DNA of 16,218 bases from Octopus sinensis. Taxonomy: Eukaryota. Positions 9,525 to 16,218 of this stretch are shown here, piece after piece. A program made the translations under genes and the position numbers. The stretch is taken from NCBI RefSeq assembly GCF_006345805.1, contig NW_021825224.1, positions 1 through 16,218 on the forward strand, given 5' to 3'. Position 1 is the stretch's first letter. Every line of letters begins with the position of its first letter. The notes under the pieces were generated by a model. It ran no database searches, was not told the DNA's origin, and saw only the letters and a program-made list of their open reading frames with translations.

Positions 9525-9804
9525 GGCTGAAATGGACTGTTGATTTGAAGAGAAGAAAGAAAACATTGCTCTCTGAGAAGCCTGGAGTTAGCGAAAACTT
9601 GTGTTAGGTGAAACCCTGTGTTGAGTGGTCGGCGGAGCAGAAACGGCAAGAGACAGAGGTCTGGTTTTGAGCCAGACGTCACGAAGATGTTCTGTGAATC
9701 GGTAGGTGGTTAACGTTGTATAAAACATCACAGAAGAAGCATTTTAAATAGTAGACGGCGCCCGTAGAGCTGCAAGTGAAGAAATCAGAAATGTGGGAAA
9801 GTGC
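9525..9804 (-). pseudogene. Decayed GIY-YIG endonuclease region of a Penelope-like element
   Basis: Minus-strand pieces in the expected order across frameshifts: HISDFFTCSSTGAVYYLKCFFCDVLY (compare FTCxSxNVIYxIxCxxCxxxYIG), RFTEHLRDV (9675-9701; compare RFxEHLRDI), SVSCRFCSADHS (compare PVSxHFxxxxHS) and RLLREQCFLSSL. Confidence 0.75.
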
Positions 9805-10227
9805 TAATAAATAGAGAATACCAAACAAGTTCCCTATGGATACCGTATTTATTACTACGAGTGGCTTGTAAACGTATCTAACGAGCGAAAGCGAGTTAGA
9901 TACTTTTACAAGCCACGTTGTAATAAATACGGTATCCATAGGGAATGAGTTTGGTATTTTTATTTATTACACACGAATAAACGACCATATTTTATTAACC
10001 CAATAACTAAATTCTTCACGTTTAGTTGTAACTTATGAATGACAAAAGTAGTGCCGTCACCGTGACCTCAGGTCATCACCATGGATTGATCAATCAGAAG
10101 CAGCGCTGTCACCGTGACCTCGGGTCATCATCATGGATTGACCAATCAGAAGCAGCGCTCGCAGTATCTGACATATGTTAGATACCAAAAATATCTCAAA
10201 GTGTTCTCACTCACATGTGTGTAATAA
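9805..10227. mobile_element. Non-autonomous hairpin DNA element with TAATAA direct repeats (Crypton-like)
   Basis: TAATAA at 9805-9810 and 10222-10227. An imperfect palindrome with about 80-bp arms spans 9805-9969, centred on CGAGC-GAAA-GCGAG. Internal TTATTACACAC (9964-9974) is complementary to terminal GTGTGTAATAA (10217-10227). Confidence 0.6.
10056..10159 (+). repeat. 52-bp tandem duplication (2 copies)
   Basis: 10056-10107 and 10108-10159 differ at 3 positions. Confidence 0.95.
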
Positions 10228-10259
10228 GGACTAATAACACCGAAAATAGCTTCTATACT

Positions 10260-10737
10260 GTGTAACAAAATTTTAATTTTTCTTTTGTCTTTGGTTGGTA
10301 AGTGCTATTTCCTACTTGCTAACATCTAGAAATCAAAGGAAATGACTATCGTTTCCTTCAAACTTTACTTTTCTGACCTAGACATCAATGTTTTGAAACT
10401 GGCCTATTTTCAGTTTCATTTCAGATAGAGTCAGAGCTGAGTTGCTGAAACGGAAATATCGTTATAGCAAATATTCTGCTCAATACCACAGATTTGCTTG
10501 TCAGTTGCTTGACCATAACAACTTCAGCATGTCCCTTAGTGGCTGACAATATGTGCATCTCTGATGACCAGCAGGAGTAGTGGAGGAGCACCATAGCCAT
10601 AAGTTGAGAGGATTCTTTAGGGTTTGAATAAATGTAAGAAAAGCAAAGTTTGAAGGAAATAACCATTTCTCATACTTTCTAGGGATAAGCAAATAAGAAA
10701 TAACAGTTGCTACCCAAGGGTAAAAATCGTGTTACCC
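10260..10737. mobile_element. MITE / non-autonomous DNA transposon with long imperfect terminal inverted repeats
   Basis: About 10291-10374 (...TTTCCTTCAAACTTTACTTTTCT) is an imperfect reverse complement of about 10637-10717 (AGAAAAGCAAAGTTTGAAGGAAA...). Weaker pairing extends out to GTAACA/TGTTAC. Exact ends and TSD were not resolved. Confidence 0.6.
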
Positions 10738-10860
10738 AATGTTATCAATGATTGTTGTCTTTTCCTCACCGCATATATTATTTGTAATTAGTGCTTATTT
10801 TGGTGTGGATAATGTCACCACTGTGTAATTAAAATCAGGGATTTAATTTTTAAATACATA

Positions 10861-11168
10861 CTAGCAGTATCGCCTGGCGTTGCTCGGGTTTGTAAGGGAA
10901 ATAACTATATAAGCATTTTTAGAGAGTTACTTCCCTTATATAATAGCAAAAAAAAAATGCGTTAAAAATGGGAAAAAAATGATGGTAATTTTTTTTTAAA
11001 TCGTAGACTCATCGTAGACGCGCGCTAATACCCAGAAGGGCTCGATATGAATCACGACTATAAGATACCCGCTTTTGGTTAAACTGCAGCGCAAAATGTG
11101 GGAGTAGTTAGGAATCTAAATCGTAGGAGACAGACACTCACACAACTTCACTTTTATATATATAAAGA
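10861..11168 (-). mobile_element. Non-autonomous Helitron (308 bp)
   Basis: The minus strand starts TC (11168-11167) after an A and ends CTAG (10864-10861) before a T. A GC-rich subterminal hairpin CCCGAGCAACGCCAGG (10873-10888) lies 8 nt upstream of CTAG. There is no TSD. Confidence 0.9.
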
Positions 11169-11174
11169 TTACAT

Positions 11175-11590
11175 CATGTTGATGGTTTTGTCGGTGTTGT
11201 TGGTGTTGGTGTTGGTGATGCCTTTGATGCGGTAGTGCTGGTGTTGGTGTGTCGTATCAGAGTGAATAGTATTGGTGGTGTCGATATAGAGGTGTTATCG
11301 TAGTGGGGTTGGTGGTAGCGTTGTGGTGTAACTTTGGTGGTAGTTGTACTGGTGGTGGTGGAGGTGGTAGTTGTAGTGATGGTAGTGGTGGCGGATGGCT
11401 GTGGTCGCAATGATAGTGGTGAGGGTAGTGGTGGCAGTGGAGATTGATAGTTGTGGTGGTCATTGTAGTAATGGTGGTTGTATTGGTGATGATAGTAGTG
11501 GTAGTGGTGGTGGTGGTGGTGATGGTGGTGATGTTCAATGCATTGGTGGTGACGGCGGTGCTGGTTATGATGATGGTTTCTTAACGGTAG

Positions 11591-11637
<47 letters not shown>

Positions 11638-11656
11638 GTGATAGTGATAACAGTGG
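11175..11656. repeat. Degenerate (GGT/GTT/GAT)n trinucleotide tract including a pure (GAT)n run
   Basis: Read directly from the sequence. Confidence 0.9.
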
Positions 11657-11774
11657 TGGGGATCAATAAATTACGTACCAGTTGCGTACTGGGCTCGATG
11701 TAATCGACTGTCCCCCTCTTCCTCCAAATTTCAGGCCTTGTGCCTATCAAAGATAGGATTATTATTATTATTAT
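11657..11774 (+). mobile_element. SINE family B, 3' fragment with (ATT)n tail
   Basis: ATAAATTACGTACCAGTTGCGTACTGGGCTCGATGTAATCGACTG...CCAAATTTCAGGCCTTGTGCCTAT matches the reverse complement of 119-215. Confidence 0.85.
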
Positions 11775-11782
11775 CAGTAGTA

Positions 11783-11947
11783 GGCGCAGGAGTGGCTGTG
11801 TGGTAAGTAGCTTGTTTACCAACCACATAGTTCCAAGTTCAGTCCCACTGCGTGGCACCTTGGGCAAGTGTCTTCTACTATAGCCTCGCGCCGACCAAAG
11901 CCTAGTGAGTGGATTTGGTAGACGGAAACTGAAAGAAGCCCGTCGTA

Positions 11948-11980
<33 letters not shown>

Positions 11981-12203
11981 GCGTGTGTGTGTTTGTGTGT
12001 CTGTGTTTGTTGACAACCGATGCTAGTGTATTTATGTCAGGCGTTACTTAGCGGTTCGGGCAAAAAGAGATCGATAGAATAAGTACTGGGCTTACAAAAG
12101 AATAAGTCCCCGGGGTTCGAGTTGCTCGACTAAAAGGCGGTGCTCCAGCATGGCCGCAGTCAAATGACTGAAACAAGTAAAAGAGTAAAAGAGTAAAAGA
12201 GTA
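11783..12203 (+). mobile_element. SINE family A, essentially full length, (AGTAAAAG)n tail
   Basis: A box TGGCTGTGTGG (11793-11803), B-box-like AGTTCAGTCC (11836-11845), CORE-like ACCTTGGGCAAGTGTCTT (11857-11874), internal (TA)n(TG)n, and LINE-like tail at 12136-12174. Confidence 0.9.
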
Positions 12204-12905
12204 GTGGTGGTGGTGGTGGTGGTGGTGGTGGTGGTGGCGGCGGCGTTGGCGGTGGTTGTTTTGGCGGTAGTATTAGCAGTCGAGTTATATCGCTGTTAAT
12301 CTATTCAGATGATTGTGTTTACTCGTGTCATTGGAAATTTCGTCACACAGTCAGTTGGTCATTAAAATTATTGTGTGTTGTTTGTAAGTGTTACTGCTGC
12401 AGGTATTAAAATTGCCATGGTTGTTGCTGGTGTTGCTGTTGCTGTTGCTGTTCTTTGCTGTTGTGTTTCTGTCGGTTTTGATGTCATTATCGTTGTTTGT
12501 GTTGATGTTAGTTTTGATGTTGAAAGAGTTTTGTTGTTGTTGTTGTTATTGTTGATGATATTGTTGTTTGTGTGGTTGTTTTTGTGTTGTTGTTTTTGTG
12601 TTTATGTTTGCGTTGCTGTCTGTTGTTGTTTGTGTTGTTGTATTTGTTGTTGTTGTTTGTGTTGCTGTGGTTGTTTATGTTTGTGTTGTTGTGCTTGTTG
12701 TTGTTTGTATTGTTGTGCTTGTTGTTTTTATTGTTGTTTGTGTTGTTTATGTTTGTGTTGTTGTATTTGTTGTTGTTGTTGTTGTTTGTGTTGCTGTTGT
12801 TGTTTATGTTTGTGTTGTTGCAGTTTGCATTGTTGTTGTTATTTGTGTGTTGTTGTTGTTGTTGATGGTGCTGACAGTATCGTTTGTGTTGTTAACGTTT
12901 GTGTT
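12204..12905. repeat. (GGT)n and degenerate (GTT)n low-complexity tract
   Basis: Read directly from the sequence. It gives rise to the Cys/Val/Leu-rich ORFs. Confidence 0.9.
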
Positions 12906-12911
12906 ATTTAT

Positions 12912-13053
12912 ACGGTAAAAAGACGAAAGCTTACCCGGTACGGTTGTGCGTCCCGCCACTACTACCCGTCCTTCAGGGCACCATTGAGTGGGGGGGGGCG
13001 AAAGAAAGGCTGACAGAAAATCCTAGTTTGACAACAGTAAGGACTGGACAGGT
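12912..13053 (+). pseudogene. Old RTE-clade LINE ORF C-terminal fragment (different family from 8644-9304)
   Basis: With frameshifts and stops it reads TVKRRKLTRYGCASRH/VLQGTIE/GGGRKKG*QK/S*FDNSKDWTG, compared with the RTE pattern VKRRKLxWFGHVxRH..ILQGxVEGxRxRGRQRKxWxDNIKxWTG. Confidence 0.75.
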
Positions 13054-13130
13054 GACAAAACAGTGACATCTCATCTAATTATTCTAACACTTTAAAGAGT
13101 ATTTTTCTTTTCTTTTGTCCCCCCCCCCTT

Positions 13131-13226
13131 TTATTGCCCCGAAAAGATGAGAGGCAAAGTTGACACCGGCGTGATTTGAACTCGGGGTGCAAAAAAAACG
13201 GAACAGATACTGCAAAACATTTTGTC
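13131..13226 (-). mobile_element. SINE family B, diverged internal fragment
   Basis: CCCCGAAAAGATGAGAGGCAAAGTTGACACCGGCGTGATTTGAACTC aligns to 14109-14155. Confidence 0.75.
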
Positions 13227-13227
13227 A

Positions 13228-13442
13228 TATGTGTCTGTGTTTGTTCCCCACAACGTCGCTTGACAACCGATACTGGTGTGTTTACGTCCCCGTAACTTAG
13301 CGGTTCGGCAAAAGACACGGATAGAATAAGTACTAGGCTTACAAAGAATAAGTCCTGGTGGGGGGGGGGTCGATTTGCTCGACTAAAAGGCGGTGCTCCA
13401 GCATGGCCGCAGTCAAGTAAAAGAGTAAAAAGAGTAAAGAGT
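13228..13442 (+). mobile_element. SINE family A, 3' half
   Basis: Body CGCTTGACAACCGATACTGGTGTGTTTACGTCCCCGTAACTTAGCGG..., tail GGCGGTGCTCCAGCATGGCCGCAGTCAA and AGTAAAA repeats. Confidence 0.9.
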
Positions 13443-13490
13443 ATATGCGGTAACGACAAGGCTAGTTTTTTTTCTTGACTAGTCAGAAAT

Positions 13491-13526
<36 letters not shown>

Positions 13527-13589
13527 CACACACACACACACACACCACACACACACCACACACACACCACACACACACACGCACACACA

Positions 13590-13773
13590 CATCTATATGT
13601 ATATGTGTGTATATGTTTGTATGTCTGTGTTTGTCCCCCCCTCAACATCTCTTGACAACCGATGCTGGTGTGTTTACGTCTCCGTGACTTAGCGGTTCGG
13701 CAAAAGGGATCGATAGAATTAGTACTAGGCTTACAAAGAATAAGTCCTGGGGAGTCAATTTGTTCGACTAAAG
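13590..13773 (+). mobile_element. SINE family A, internal fragment lacking head and tail
   Basis: Same body as 13228-13385, stopping after TTGTTCGACTAAAG. Confidence 0.85.
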
Positions 13774-13813
13774 TCATTCAACCACTGGTCATTGTGAGAT
13801 ACCGAAACTTTCT

Positions 13814-14229
13814 TATTTCTTTATTGCCCACAAGGGGCTAAACATAGAGAGGACAAACAAGGACAGACAAACGGATTAAGTCGATTATATCGACCCCAGT
13901 GCGTAACTGGTACTTGATTTATCGACCCCGAAAGGATGAAAGGAAAAGTCGACCTCGGCGGAATTTGAACTCAGAACGTAACGGCAGACGAAATACCCAT
14001 TTCTTTATTACCCACAAGGGGCTAAACACAGAGGACAAACAAGGACAGACAAACGGATTAAGTCGATTATATCGACCCCCAGTGCGTAACTGGTACTTAA
14101 TTAATCGACCCCGAAAGGATGAAAGGCAAAGTCGACCTCGGCGGAATTTGAACTCAGAATGTAGCGGCAGACGAAATATTGCTAAGCATTTCGCCCGGCG
14201 TGCTAACGATTCTGCCAGCTTGCCGCCTT
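13814..14229 (-). mobile_element. SINE family B variant, partial dimer flanked by a 15-bp TSD
   Basis: A full monomer at about 13999-14227 (head GGCGGCAAGCTGGCAGAATCGTTAG, B box GAGTTCAAATTCC) is followed by an A-box-less second copy at about 13814-13997. ATACCGAAACTTTCT occurs at both 13799-13813 and 14230-14244. Confidence 0.9.
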
Positions 14230-14318
14230 ATACCGAAACTTTCTACTTCCATAATAAATCGTCACCGTATTGAGTTCTCGAGTTTTTTGTTTGTAATGGA
14301 AATAATTGTAGATTTTAC

Positions 14319-14322
<4 letters not shown>

Positions 14323-14355
<33 letters not shown>

Positions 14356-14640
14356 GCGTTTGATGATGACGATGACGACGATGATGATGACGATGATGAT
14401 TATGATAAGAACGACAGCAACAACGATGAGTAGGATGATGGCGCGGCGGAGGAGGAGGAGGAGGAAGATGATGATGATGTTGATGATGATGGTGGTGGTT
14501 TTAATTTTTGTAACTTCTGTTGTTTTCTCTTGTACATTTTTGTTGTTTTTTTGTTTTGTTGTTGTTCCTGTTATTGTTGTTGTTGTTGTTGCTATTAATA
14601 TTATTATTGTTGTTGTTTCTGTTGTTATTGTTAATGTCTC

Positions 14641-14671
<31 letters not shown>

Positions 14672-14828
14672 ATATTCTTTCTGTCACCTCTGACTTTTAA
14701 AATTGAAACTAAATATATAACAAATCATTCTTAATTTCCATATTGACCATCATGTATTTCTTTCGTGAACACACACACACAAACGCTATGTATACATATG
14801 TGGGCGTATGTGTGGTGTGTATGAGTAT

Positions 14829-14878
<50 letters not shown>

Positions 14879-15072
14879 GTATTCTAACATACGCACTTAT
14901 AAAAAACATACATACACAACACACACACACACACCCACACACACACACCACACACACACACACACATATTATATATATATATATATATATATACATACAT
15001 CATACATATATGTATTGTGTGTTGTGTGGATGTATGGGTATATATATATATATGTATATACATATGTGTGTG

Positions 15073-15108
<36 letters not shown>

Positions 15109-15200
15109 ATATATATATATATATGCATGCATGTATGTATGTATGTATGTATGTATGTATGTATGCATGTATGTATGTATGTATGTATGTATGTATGTAT
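14323..15200. repeat. Successive microsatellites (TG)n, (GAT/GAC)n, (GAG)n, (GTT)n, (TTTC)n, (TA)n, (CA)n, (TATG)n
   Basis: Read directly from the sequence. Confidence 0.95.
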
Positions 15201-15336
15201 GTTATGATAGTCATACACAAAACACTGTTGGCTGTCAGTAATTATCTGCTGTACAAAGAATACATCTTAATTACTGATTTCTTACTGTATTTCATACAAC
15301 ATAGGTGCTCTCCCCTTATTCACTCACCATCACCCC

Positions 15337-15337
15337 C

Positions 15338-15401
<64 letters not shown>

Positions 15402-15535
15402 CTTATTTTCTACATGTATGCCTCCTCGTGAATGTAAGTATGAACGTGTAAATATGTATATGAACATGTATTTAAATATGTTTGTGTGTAAGATTGTGTA
15501 TGTAAATATAATTTATCAATGCTTGTTATTATAAG

Positions 15536-15596
<61 letters not shown>

Positions 15597-15633
15597 GTCT
15601 GTCTGTCTACCTGTCTACCTGTCTCTGTCTGTC

Positions 15634-15694
<61 letters not shown>

Positions 15695-15705
15695 TTATCT
15701 GTCTG

Positions 15706-15757
<52 letters not shown>

Positions 15758-15864
15758 CTACTATCTATCTCTCTACTTATCTATCTATCTATCCATCCAT
15801 CCATACATCATCATCCATCCATCCATCCATCCATCCATCCATCCATCCATCCATCCATCCAACC

Positions 15865-15916
<52 letters not shown>

Positions 15917-16078
15917 GTCTATCTATCTATCTGTCTATCTATCTGTCTATCTATCTATCTGTCTATCTATCTGTCTATCTATCTATCTGTCTATCTATCT
16001 ATCTATCTATCTATAATGTGTGAAATACAGAAAGAAATCTATCTGCCTGCCTGCCTGCCTGCCTGCCTGTCTGTCTCT
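15337..16078. repeat. Tetranucleotide satellite block (TATC)n/(TGTC)n/(TCCA)n/(CTGC)n
   Basis: Read directly from the sequence. The main array spans about 15536-16013. Confidence 0.95.
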
Positions 16079-16218
16079 ATATGAGTTACCGTTCTTTGTT
16101 TCACTCAATCTATCCATCACCCAGTTTCCTGCTTTCTTTATGTCTGTGCGTCTTTATACTACATGTGCATGGGGGCATGAGCATGTGTGTGTGTGTGTGT
16201 GAGCATGTGTGCGTGTTA

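Noticed and set aside
11783-11850. tRNA gene (also the other SINE heads)
   Set aside because: A and B boxes are present, but the sequence continues into a SINE body repeated elsewhere in the window, with no clean acceptor stem or poly-T terminator.
12375-13013. 212-aa Cys-rich ORF resembling a metallothionein or keratin-associated protein
   Set aside because: It is a translation of degenerate (TGT/GTT)n, all three frames are open, and its only complex part is a decayed RTE LINE fragment.
12929-13075. Possible minus-strand exon ending at a G|GTAAG donor (plus-strand CTTACC near 12930)
   Set aside because: The segment is better explained by plus-strand RTE ORF motifs (VKRRKL, LQGTIEG, DNxKDWTG).

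Overview
This is AT-rich, repeat-saturated eukaryotic intergenic or intronic DNA with no credible host protein-coding exon. The SINE families and extreme microsatellite density suggest an octopus/cephalopod genome, which is an inference. Almost all ORFs in the track are translations of (TA)n, (CA)n, (GTT)n or (TATC)n repeats. The window is a nested mosaic of mobile elements: (i) two tRNA-derived SINE families in about 10 copies or fragments; (ii) a CR1/L2-group LINE 3' end whose tail matches the tail of SINE family A; (iii) two RTE-clade LINE fragments, one with an in-frame 234-bp tandem duplication; (iv) Penelope-like element (PLE) relics, namely a decayed GIY-YIG endonuclease segment and four short segments next to (TA)n tracts carrying minimal type-I hammerhead-like motifs with non-canonical cores; (v) a 423-bp hairpin element bounded by TAATAA direct repeats with Crypton-like architecture, inserted in the PLE ORF; (vi) a 308-bp non-autonomous Helitron, a MITE and a probable solo LTR. 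All calls were made by eye, with no database search.
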